DNA of 64,000 nucleotides from an uncultured Anaerolineaceae bacterium (GTDB taxonomy: Bacteria; Chloroflexota; Anaerolineae; Anaerolineales; Anaerolineaceae), in contig CAZQLE010000002.1 of the NCBI GenBank assembly GCA_964593905.1, forward strand, positions 3,387 to 67,386. Direction: 5' to 3'. This document shows positions 19,805 to 27,357 of the stretch, piece after piece. The notes under the pieces are model-generated. The model was not told where the DNA came from and made no database searches. It saw only the letters and a list, made by a program, of their open reading frames with translations. Both the position numbers and the translations under genes were made by a program. Every line of letters begins with the position of its first letter. Position 1 is the stretch's first letter.

Positions 19805-21149
19805 GCGACACCTCCTGTAAAGCTTCGCAAAGGGCGTCAATTTCTTCCCGACTGTTCATTTCAGTTACAGCCACGAGCATATGATTGTTAAGAGACGCGT
19901 ATTCGCGAGAAAGATCGAAGCCGCCCAGAATATTGCGATCCAACAGTTGGTCGTTGATATCACTCACCGGCAACGGGCACTTTACAACAAATTCATGGAA
20001 GAAGGGCGTTGAGAAATCAACCGAATAGCCTGGAATGGCATTGATTTTTTGAGCGGCGTAATGGGCTTTGTGATAACAAAGCTCGGCCACTTTGCGCAGC
20101 CCAGATTTTCCAAGCAGGCTGAGATAAATGGTGGCAGCCAAAGCCATCAAGCCCTGGTTGGTGCAGATGTTGGAAGTGGCTTTTTCGCGGCGGATGTGCT
20201 GCTCGCGGGCGGTCAGGGTGAGCACATAGCCCCGGCGTCCATCATGATCCATGGTTTCGCCAACCAGGCGGCCGGCCACTTTGCGCACATATTCGTTGCG
20301 GGTGGTGAAGATGCCCAGGTAGGGTCCGCCAAATCCGACCGGGATACCCAGCGGCTGGCCTTCACCAACAACGACATCTGCGCCGAATTTTCCTGGCGGG
20401 GTCAGCAACCCCAGCGCGGTCGGGTTGACGGCGACGGTCAGCATTGCGCCGGCAGCATGGACTGCTTCTGCCAGTTTGGTCAGATCATAAACACGGCCAA
20501 AGAAATCGGGGTACTGAACCACGACCATGGCGGTATCGGAATCGATCATGGGGATCAACTGGTCGGGCGTCAGGAAGGGGTCAAGCGAGGATTCGCCGCC
20601 CTGAACGGTAATGTTCTCATAGCCGCACAAATAGGTGCACAGGACATCACGATACTGAGGATTTACAGACGGAGAAACCAGGAATTTTTTGCGTTTTCCG
20701 CGATACTGGTGATATGCCAGAATGCCAGCTTCTGCTGTGGCGGTGGCGCCATCGTAATGTGAAGCGTTGCTAACATCCATCCCCGTCAGGTTGGCGATCA
20801 GGGTCTGATATTCAAAAACTGCCTGAAGCGTGCCCTGTGAGACCTCGGGTTGGTAGGGGGTGTAGGCGGTATAGAATTCGCCCCGCCGGAGCAGCATGTC
20901 GACTGCGCTGGGGATATAGTGGTTGTAAGCGCCAGCGCCCAAAAAACTGGTCATCTCTCGAACCGTTTCATTGGCTGAGGCGATATCCTGCATCTGGGCC
21001 GAGGCTTCCATCTCGGTTAACGCCGGTGGAAGGTTTAATTTGGGGAAACGATGCTGGGCTGGAACGGCCAGGAAAAGATCTTCCAGGCTCGCTACGCCGA
21101 TGGCGCGCAGCATCTCCTCCTTTTCAGCTTCGGTATGGGGAATATACAT
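19797..21149 (-). CDS. gcvPA: Glycine dehydrogenase (decarboxylating) subunit 1
   Basis: [15 protein letters not shown]-terminus typical of GcvPA. Its ATG overlaps the gcvH stop (TAATG). Confidence 0.95.
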   Translation of the reverse strand: MYIPHTEAEKEEMLRAIGVASLEDLFLAVPAQHRFPKLNLPPALTEMEASAQMQDIASANETVREMTSFLGAGAYNHYIPSAVDMLLRRGEFYTAYTPYQPEVSQGTLQAVFEYQTLIANLTGMDVSNASHYDGATATAEAGILAYHQYRGKRKKFLVSPSVNPQYRDVLCTYLCGYENITVQGGESSLDPFLTPDQLIPMIDSDTAMVVVQYPDFFGRVYDLTKLAEAVHAAGAMLTVAVNPTALGLLTPPGKFGADVVVGEGQPLGIPVGFGGPYLGIFTTRNEYVRKVAGRLVGETMDHDGRRGYVLTLTAREQHIRREKATSNICTNQGLMALAATIYLSLLGKSGLRKVAELCYHKAHYAAQKINAIPGYSVDFSTPFFHEFVVKCPLPVSDINDQLLDRNILGGFDLSREYASLNNHMLVAVTEMNSREEIDALCEALQEVSHE

Positions 21150-21541
21150 TAGTGACCTCGTTCGGAGCAATATTTCTCATAGGCCGGTGCATCCATTAAT
21201 TTGGTCAGATCGGCCGGATCCGACATTTCGATTTTCACCATCCATGCTTTGCCATAGGGATCGGTGTTAACGGTCTCGGAGGCCTGCGCCAGATCTTCGT
21301 TGATGGCAGTGATCACGCCGTTAACCGGGGCAATCACATCGGCTGCCGCTTTGACCGATTCCAGGGTGGCGATGACATCACTTTTTTTCACAGCATCGCC
21401 CACACTGACGGTGATTTCGACAAAAACGATGTCGGAAAGCTGTTCCTGGGCATGGTCACTGATACCGATGGTCGCAACATTGCCTTCAACCTTAACCCAT
21501 TCATCTGTATTGGCATATTTCAATTCCGGTAGAATATTCAT
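21149..21541 (-). CDS. gcvH: Glycine cleavage system H protein
   Basis: Lipoyl-lysine motif LESVKAAADV. Start MNILPELKY is preceded by GAGGAG. Confidence 0.95.
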   Translation of the reverse strand: MNILPELKYANTDEWVKVEGNVATIGISDHAQEQLSDIVFVEITVSVGDAVKKSDVIATLESVKAAADVIAPVNGVITAINEDLAQASETVNTDPYGKAWMVKIEMSDPADLTKLMDAPAYEKYCSERGH

Positions 21542-21585
21542 GGTTTGTCGTCTCCTCAAGGTGTTATGTGGTTTGAAACAACTTA

Positions 21586-21622
21586 CAGAAAACACAAGGC
21601 GCACACCTAGACGGTGCGCGCC
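21586..21622 (-). terminator. Riboswitch expression-platform terminator
   Basis: Minus-strand GGCGCGCACC-GUCUA-GGUGUGCGCC (10 bp, 1 G-U) followed by UUGUGUUUUCUG, directly 3' of aptamer 2 and 45 nt before the gcvH ATG. Confidence 0.55.
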
Positions 21623-21624
21623 CC

Positions 21625-21803
21625 TGTCGATAACCTGAGAGATTCACTGTGTTTCACAGTTTGCCCCTTCGGTGCCGTTGGACTTTCCAGGAGGTTTATG
21701 ACCGGCAGGGTCCTTTTTACCTGAGAGATTCACCAGAGATGCGAGAGTTTCTGGTTTGCCCCTTCGGTGCCACAGAAAAGTTTACTGTGGTCTCTTCCCT
21801 GCC
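21625..21803 (-). promoter_or_regulatory. Tandem glycine riboswitch (two aptamers)
   Basis: Two copies of the conserved cores GGCACCGAAGGGGCAA (plus-strand complement at 21661-21676 and 21756-21771) and GUGAAUCUCUCAGG (21634-21647 and 21720-21733). Aptamer 1 P1 is GGCAGGG/CCCUGCC (21797-21803 with 21704-21710). Located upstream of gcvH. Confidence 0.85.
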
Positions 21804-21812
21804 TTCTTATTC

Positions 21813-21841
21813 ATTCTACGGGCAGCTTATGTAAATGTCAA
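21813..21841 (-). promoter_or_regulatory. Sigma70-type promoter driving the glycine riboswitch and gcv operon
   Basis: Minus strand TTGACA (21841-21836), 17 nt, TAGAAT (21818-21813), about 10 nt upstream of aptamer 1. Confidence 0.6.
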
Positions 21842-21885
21842 GAATAGAATGCCAGCAATTGTCTGACGACTGGTCAGGAACCCCC

Positions 21886-21925
21886 ATAAAAGACCCTGTG
21901 TTTTGGAACAGGCTCTTTTATTTTT
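21886..21925 (-). terminator. Terminator after the extended rhodanese ORF
   Basis: AGAGCCUGU-8 nt-ACAGGGUCU (9 bp, 1 mismatch) followed by UUUAUGG on the minus strand. Begins 18 nt after the TAA at 21934. Confidence 0.5.
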
Positions 21926-21933
21926 CTTGAGTT

Positions 21934-22413
21934 TTAATCTCCCGGTTCGGTGGGGTAACCGGCCTGCTGCCAGGCTGCAAACCCTCCCAGAATTGGGTTA
22001 ACACGGGTAAAGTCATTATTGAGAAGCGTTAGCGCCGCACGGGCGCTTGATTCTTCGGCCGGTCAAGTGCAATAGGTGATGATCCATTGTTTTGGATCCA
22101 GTTCATTGATCCGATTTTCCAATTCTCCCAGGGGAATATTGATTGCACCGGGGATGTGGTTTACTGCAAATGCATCGCTGCTGCGCACATCCAGAATGAC
22201 GGCTGTTTTCTCGGTGAAGGTCTTATAGGCGTCGTCAAGCGAAATTCTTTCAATCTGGGCAACATCCGTAATTTCTGTTTTTTGATCCGGGTTTGCCTGG
22301 TTTACAAACAATAAAATTGCCACAACCATCAAGATGACGCCCGCTGCGATAATTAAAAATGGGCGCAGAGATCTTGTGGGTGTTTTGCTTGCACTGCTCT
22401 TCTTTCTTGCCAT
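21934..22413 (-). CDS. Membrane-anchored single-domain rhodanese with an in-frame UGA (22063-22065); candidate selenocysteine protein, otherwise a pseudogene
   Basis: MARKKSS start after AAGGAGG and an N-terminal TM helix. The rhodanese fold reads ...VILDVRSSDAFAVNHIPGAINIPL...WIITYCT-UGA-PAEESSARAALTLLNNDFTRVNPILGGFAAWQQAGYPTEPGD. The fold only completes if the UGA is read through. Confidence 0.6.
22021..22056 (-). promoter_or_regulatory. SECIS-like stem-loop downstream of the in-frame UGA
   Basis: RNA reads UGA CCGGCC GAAG AAUCA AGCGCC-CGUGC-GGCGCU AACG CUUC. 6-bp GC-rich upper stem, GU in the apical loop about 23-25 nt after the UGA, 4-bp lower stem. Confidence 0.4.
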
Positions 22414-22641
22414 GCTGCATCCTCCTTTGGGCGATATTTGAGCCTCGATACGCATATCGCAGCCAGTTTTGTTGTCAATAACCTGTATTGCAGGTTTTTT
22501 ACCCGGTTGCGTGTTACGTATAAATTTTATTATAAATATCCAAATAAATCCACTGATTTAATAAATTCCTGCCTAACTTGCTGTTTAAGCAAAGAAAGGT
22601 GTCTCTCGGCTGTTTTGTTGAAAAAAACGTGATTCTGCGGG

Positions 22642-23940
22642 TTATTGCGTAACGGGTTGTTGCCCTGGCCGGTCAAGCAAAAATAAAGAGGCACCCAGCA
22701 GCCGCAATGATCCGCTTACCAGTAAGGCGCCGGGCAGGCCAATTGTTTCGGCCAACAGGGATGCCAACAGCGGCGCTGCGATTGCCGCGCAATATTCGAG
22801 ACTCTGGGCAACCGAGACAAAGGTGGCGCTGTATTCTGGTGGGATTGTTTTTAATAATTCATCAAAGAAGACCAGATTAATGCCGGCCTGGAAGATGCCG
22901 GCAATGCCGGCATAGACCACGATCAGGGCCGGGGTCTGGGTGAAAGCGGTTAAGATCGGGTAGGAAGCCAGGCCGAAAGTGGTCAACAGGAGCACGAACC
23001 TTGACCCTCTTCGGCGTGATTGCCGGGTCCAGAAAAAATAACCGATGATCAATATGGCCGTCTGGGCGGTATTAATGGCGGCGATCCAGCCATCGGAGGC
23101 GTTAATCTGGCGGACAAAATATAACGGGAACAACGGCAAACCGAGATTTGCCCCGGTGAGGTAGACAAACCGTTTGAATACAAAGGATACAAACGGGCGG
23201 TTTGCGGTGATCTGTTTGTAGTAGGAGTGGATTTTCTCTTTCAGATTGGGGCCGGGAAGTGGGGCATCCACTTGAATGTCGGCGATTCGAATCCGGCTGG
23301 AGAAGGTGTAGCTGATGATCGATCCGATGGAAGTGGTTAGAAAGACGGTCTGAAAGTTTAGCGGAAACTTGATGCTGACCAGCACCTGACCGATGGCAAG
23401 GGCAACCAGTGAGGAGGTTAACCCCAACAATGACCAGCGCCGGGTCATTAATTCATATCTTCCGGCAGGCCCTGCAACGGCATTCATGACCACTGAAAAC
23501 GAAATTGCCAGAACTGTCTGTGGCAGGGTTGCCACGGCCCAGATACATAAGATTGCAATTACGGCGGCCTGGGTGTCTTTGAAAATAAAGGGCACCAGAC
23601 CGGTTAACCCATAGCTGCCGATGACCAGCAGGCGGGAGCTGCTAAACCATCTGACTATATTTTTTTGGCGCTGGAGAAAACGCCCGATCAGGATTGCAAA
23701 AAATAAACCGGTAACCCCGGGCATGGTGGTCAGTAAACCAACTTCCAGGCTGCTGGCCCCAAGCCGGGTGAGGAAAACGGAGAGCATCTGGGCGGCCGCA
23801 TTTCCCAGACCAACACCAACGGCGTCAATCTGAACGTTAACAAAATTCTCTTCACTGATATCGGGGGACTGCGGTGTTCGAAACCATTTAATTAAATTCA
23901 AAAGGCCCCCTCTACGTGATCGGGTTAATTTGAATATCAA
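22642..23940 (-). CDS. MFS transporter
   Basis: About 12 hydrophobic helices and an MFS-like loop GRFLQRQKN. The TTG track start overlaps the upstream stop by 29 nt; an alternative TTG at 23901 is possible. Confidence 0.75.
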   Translation of the reverse strand: MIFKLTRSRRGGLLNLIKWFRTPQSPDISEENFVNVQIDAVGVGLGNAAAQMLSVFLTRLGASSLEVGLLTTMPGVTGLFFAILIGRFLQRQKNIVRWFSSSRLLVIGSYGLTGLVPFIFKDTQAAVIAILCIWAVATLPQTVLAISFSVVMNAVAGPAGRYELMTRRWSLLGLTSSLVALAIGQVLVSIKFPLNFQTVFLTTSIGSIISYTFSSRIRIADIQVDAPLPGPNLKEKIHSYYKQITANRPFVSFVFKRFVYLTGANLGLPLFPLYFVRQINASDGWIAAINTAQTAILIIGYFFWTRQSRRRGSRFVLLLTTFGLASYPILTAFTQTPALIVVYAGIAGIFQAGINLVFFDELLKTIPPEYSATFVSVAQSLEYCAAIAAPLLASLLAETIGLPGALLVSGSLRLLGASLFLLDRPGQQPVTQ

Positions 23941-26173
23941 ACTCGCCGGCTGAAAGCGTCAAGGGTGCGCCCAGCAGAATGTCGTACCTTTGCCGCCAGA
24001 GCAATTGCTCGCGGATGAAGTGCAGCCAGTAAATTTCACCGGCCGGTGAGTGCATTTGTTCAAGACGGCGGTCAATTTCATCGATGGACGGCCTGTCAGG
24101 GTGATCTGTGGGGCTTAGGGCCCAGGCCAGGGTCTGGGTGGAATATTGATAAATATTGCCCGCTGCCGAAACCGCCGTGATCTGGCGCAGGCTGGAATGC
24201 GCCCGGAGCGCGACAATCCGTTTGAGGTCGCTTTCGCCTCCGAGGGTTAATATCTTTTGTCCATTGGACACGCCCCAGATATGAACTGCCCCACGTGCAC
24301 CGGCGCTGAGAATGTAGCGTTCATCAGAGGTAAGGCAGATTTCGCCAAATTTTTCGAGATCATTGGAAATCTGAATCCGGTTGAGTTCTTTGCCGCTGAA
24401 GATATTCCAGATGCAGATGTTGTGATCTGTGCCATACGAGGCGGCCAGCTCTCCGGTGGAGGTGCTCAGCGAAGTTATGGCGCCCGAATGTCCTTTCAGG
24501 GTGCGCAGCGTCCCTCTGGCATCTGCATTCCAGATATGGATTTCACCCTGACCATCGCCGATCAACACATCTCCGCGGCGTGTAGCTGCCAGGGCGTAAA
24601 TTTCACTGCCCGACTGATAGATCGGTTCCTGCCCGCCGGTGGGAAAGCGCCAGCGATTGACAACTCCGTCAAATCCGGCGCTGAAGAGGGTGCGTTCATC
24701 CTGGCTTAGCACGATTGCACGCACCAGATTGCTGTGGCCGGAGAGCGTTTTGATCAGCTTTCCCTCGGGCAGCAGATAGATGCGGATGGATTGGTCGGGG
24801 TTGGCGGCTGCCAGATAAGCGCCATCCTGGGTCAGCAGCAGCACGTTTTGCTGGGGTGTGGGAGGATAGAAAATTGATTTTTCCCAGGTGTTGTCGCTGT
24901 GCGTGGCAAACAGGATGCGGTTGTCAGCGGTTCCGAGCGCCAGGCTTTGCCCCGAAGGCGTGAAGGTGGCTGAAATCACTTCGCCATCCAGCCAGTGAGA
25001 CTGATCGGGTCTCAGTGAAGCCAGCGCGGACAGGGTGCATTTGTGCGCCAGATCGGTTAAGCGCAGGAGCAGTTCTTTTTCTTCAGATGACTGTGGCTGC
25101 CAGGCGGCTTTTTTTAACAGACGAACGCCTTCCAACGCCCACCAGGGCGGCGCGGTTTGGACGAGCACCCACAGCGATGCGTAATCTGCTTTTTTGAAAA
25201 GCGCCTGAAAGGCTGCTGCCCAATCGGCATCCTGCAGGTCTGAAATGGAGCGGGTTTTTGAGATGCCGGGTGCATTTTGCAGCCAGTCAATCTGACCGGA
25301 ATAACGGCTTTGAGCCAGAATTTTCTTTTTGAGCACCGAGCTGGCGCGTTCGTATCCGCTGCGGATTAGACGGCGGTCAAAATCGAGGGTTTCATAGGGG
25401 GCCCACTGCCCGGATATGAAGTAAAACAGCGCCCGGTCGGTCGGGTCGGCGGGGGCCCAACCCTGTTGCAGCGCCAGTTGGCAGGCAGGTTCGGCATCCC
25501 AGCGCAAATAAAGCTGACAGACTGCATCCTGGGCGAGAGGGTTGGCGGGGCCGGCAATCTGAGCCAGGGTTTGCACCGTTAGAGTGCGTTCGGGCCCGGT
25601 CATGGCCGCATACTGGTTGACCAGTTGGTCAAACGCTGCCGGGGTTGGCCCGGAAACGCAGGCTGCCAGCGCAGCCCAATGGTGGAGCCTGGCGCTCGCT
25701 GCCGCCTGAAGGAGGAGGGTGCGGGCATCTTGCTCTGCCCGTAGAAAATAAGCGGTCAGGTGTTGTAAATTGGGGTCGTGCGCCTGCAACGATTGGATCT
25801 GTGCGCTGATTAACAGAAAGGCAGACTGTTGGCCCGCATCGGGGTGGGCGAGGCTGTGTTCGATAATCTCTTGCCGGGCATAGCGGTTTGCAGACGCAAT
25901 GCTCAGCTCAAAGAGTGCATCGATGGCCGGTGCGCTGCCCTGTTTTGCCAGCCGGGCCAGACCGTTGGCGGCGCGCAGGTGAATTGCCTCACACGAGGCG
26001 CGCAGGACGGTTTGTCTCAGAATTTGGATGGCCGCTTCGCCGCCGTCTTCAATTAATAACTGCAACGCCCCAACCTGGGTAAGCAAAAAAATATCTGCTT
26101 GGGATGGGTCTTCCGGCAGAAGTTCTGGTTTTAGAATATCCCGATAGCGGGCAAGCTGCTGTGTTTCGATCAT
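23912..26173 (-). CDS. HEAT-like helical repeat plus C-terminal WD40 beta-propeller protein (paralog A)
   Basis: WD repeats LSGHSNLVRAIVLSQDERTLFSAGFDGVVNRW, LKGHSGAITSLS, HNICIWNI and GAVHIWGV. Central motif ALFYFISGQWAPYETLDFDRRLIRSGYE is shared with 29642-32305. ATG at 26173 forms an ATGA overlap with the radical-SAM stop. Confidence 0.75.
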   Translation of the reverse strand: MIETQQLARYRDILKPELLPEDPSQADIFLLTQVGALQLLIEDGGEAAIQILRQTVLRASCEAIHLRAANGLARLAKQGSAPAIDALFELSIASANRYARQEIIEHSLAHPDAGQQSAFLLISAQIQSLQAHDPNLQHLTAYFLRAEQDARTLLLQAAASARLHHWAALAACVSGPTPAAFDQLVNQYAAMTGPERTLTVQTLAQIAGPANPLAQDAVCQLYLRWDAEPACQLALQQGWAPADPTDRALFYFISGQWAPYETLDFDRRLIRSGYERASSVLKKKILAQSRYSGQIDWLQNAPGISKTRSISDLQDADWAAAFQALFKKADYASLWVLVQTAPPWWALEGVRLLKKAAWQPQSSEEKELLLRLTDLAHKCTLSALASLRPDQSHWLDGEVISATFTPSGQSLALGTADNRILFATHSDNTWEKSIFYPPTPQQNVLLLTQDGAYLAAANPDQSIRIYLLPEGKLIKTLSGHSNLVRAIVLSQDERTLFSAGFDGVVNRWRFPTGGQEPIYQSGSEIYALAATRRGDVLIGDGQGEIHIWNADARGTLRTLKGHSGAITSLSTSTGELAASYGTDHNICIWNIFSGKELNRIQISNDLEKFGEICLTSDERYILSAGARGAVHIWGVSNGQKILTLGGESDLKRIVALRAHSSLRQITAVSAAGNIYQYSTQTLAWALSPTDHPDRPSIDEIDRRLEQMHSPAGEIYWLHFIREQLLWRQRYDILLGAPLTLSAGEFDIQINPIT

Positions 26174-26748
26174 TCGTCCTGCCAACGCAAAGGGGTCGTG
26201 CCGCTGAAAAGCAGTTCACCGGCGGCAGAAATCATTACCTCGGCCTCGGGCAAGTTTTGGAGATCGGCGGCAGAATAGCGGTTGGTCATAAAATGCACGG
26301 TCTGGTTCTTTGAACTGAGGTATCCGTGGCTTGCTGGCGCCTGCTGCCTGTAACGGCCAGCAAACAACAGGTCAATCTGGTTCAAAATTGCCGGGCCCAG
26401 TTTTTGGCGGTTTATTTCTTTAAAATTGTACCCTGAAAACACGACGACGCTCAGCGTCGAACGTTTGCGGAGCAGCGCTAAAAACGCCAGCAGACTTTCG
26501 GGCTGCTGCAACGGCTCGCCCCCGGTAAGGGTAATGCCCTCAATTTCGGCTGCGCCCATAAGACATTGTTCCACCAATTGTTCAACCGCGATCAGGTTTC
26601 CACCTGTGGCGGGGTGGGTGTGAGGATTGAAACACCCCGGGCAGCCCAGCGTGCAGCCCTGCACCCAGATGACCGCGCGGCGTCCCGGGCCATTGGCGCG
26701 GCTTAACGGCGCGTAATGATGTACGCGCAACAGGGCCGGGGCGGTCAT
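26170..26748 (-). CDS. Small radical-SAM protein of the NrdG / glycyl-radical-activase type (192 aa)
   Basis: NGPGRRAVIWVQGCTLGCPGCFNP (CX3CX2C directly after an NGPG box) and TLTGGEPL. Confidence 0.8.
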   Translation of the reverse strand: MTAPALLRVHHYAPLSRANGPGRRAVIWVQGCTLGCPGCFNPHTHPATGGNLIAVEQLVEQCLMGAAEIEGITLTGGEPLQQPESLLAFLALLRKRSTLSVVVFSGYNFKEINRQKLGPAILNQIDLLFAGRYRQQAPASHGYLSSKNQTVHFMTNRYSAADLQNLPEAEVMISAAGELLFSGTTPLRWQDE

Positions 26749-26960
26749 GATCCGGTTTTTCGTTCAATCCGGTTGCGCAAATCCAGGGGCAGTTCTTGAT
26801 CGTACAGCTCGGGGGTCATTTCCTGTTCAATCAATTCTCCACCCAGCGCCATCGAAAGGCTTTCAGTCAGGGTTAGACACTGCTCTCCCTTGACGCCGCG
26901 CACATGAATTTGGACTTTGCCGTGTTCGTCGATAATGACTTCCACTTCTTCAATTTCCAT
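26745..26960 (-). CDS. DUF2997-like small protein (71 aa)
   Basis: MEIEEVEVIIDEHGKVQIHVRGVKGEQCLTLTESLSMALGG matches my recollection of DUF2997. AGGTG RBS and an ATGA overlap with the radical-SAM start. The track start at 27077 would overlap DUF1257. Confidence 0.6.
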   Translation of the reverse strand: MEIEEVEVIIDEHGKVQIHVRGVKGEQCLTLTESLSMALGGELIEQEMTPELYDQELPLDLRNRIERKTGS

Positions 26961-26970
26961 TACCACACCT

Positions 26971-27345
26971 CTATACGATCCGGCGCAATACCAGATGAAT
27001 CTGGTTTTGTTCTTTTGTCTCTTCGGCCAGGGTAAAGCCCTGTTCCTGGAGTTTTTCGAGAGCCGCGTGATAGGCATAGCGCTGCAACAGGGCGGTGGTC
27101 AGTTGTTCACGATCTTTTTTTCGCACGCCCCACCAATCGGCGACCATCTCAAACGCCCCGTTGTTAAATTTCAGGCCGACATCATAACTAAACGGGATGT
27201 GAATTTTCAGTTGAACGGTATCAGCTTCTTGCATACCGCGCAGGTGAAATTCACCCTCTTCGACCTGATAACCCAGGTCTTTCAGGGCGGTGAGCACAAA
27301 CTTTTTTTCAACCATACGGGTTCGTAAACGCGATATGTGCGACAT
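26971..27345 (-). CDS. DUF1257 (Ycf35-like) protein
   Basis: MSHISRLRTRMVEKKFVLTALKDLGY...YDVGLKF...FEMVADWW...LLQRYAYHAALEKLQEQGF is colinear with the Ycf35/DUF1257 pattern (from memory). Confidence 0.7.
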   Translation of the reverse strand: MSHISRLRTRMVEKKFVLTALKDLGYQVEEGEFHLRGMQEADTVQLKIHIPFSYDVGLKFNNGAFEMVADWWGVRKKDREQLTTALLQRYAYHAALEKLQEQGFTLAEETKEQNQIHLVLRRIV

Positions 27346-27357
27346 CTTTTCCTCTAA

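Noticed and set aside
21634-21771. Direct repeats (TTGCCCCTTCGGTGCC twice, CCTGAGAGATTCAC twice) that could be mistaken for a mini-CRISPR or tandem repeat, plus ORF 21649-21834.
   Set aside because: Spacing and sequence match the two aptamers of a tandem glycine riboswitch on the minus strand. The plus-strand ORF is an artefact.
21934-22065. Treating the rhodanese as a simple truncated gene ending at TGA 22063, as in the ORF track.
   Set aside because: Not fully rejected. It is disfavoured because the downstream frame stays open and encodes the rest of the domain, a SECIS-like hairpin follows the UGA, and the terminator sits after the second stop. A recent nonsense pseudogene remains the alternative.
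25800-25880. HPD tripeptide in HEAT-WD40 protein A (SLAHPDAGQ) as a possible J-domain.
   Set aside because: The surrounding sequence lacks the helix II/III pattern of J-domains (Y/F-HPD-xN...F..I..AY). It is most likely a chance tripeptide inside a helical repeat.
26170-26748. Calling the radical-SAM gene nrdG.
   Set aside because: No nrdD or other glycyl radical enzyme is in the neighbourhood, and the gene is overlap-coupled to unrelated genes. I kept it as NrdG-like only.
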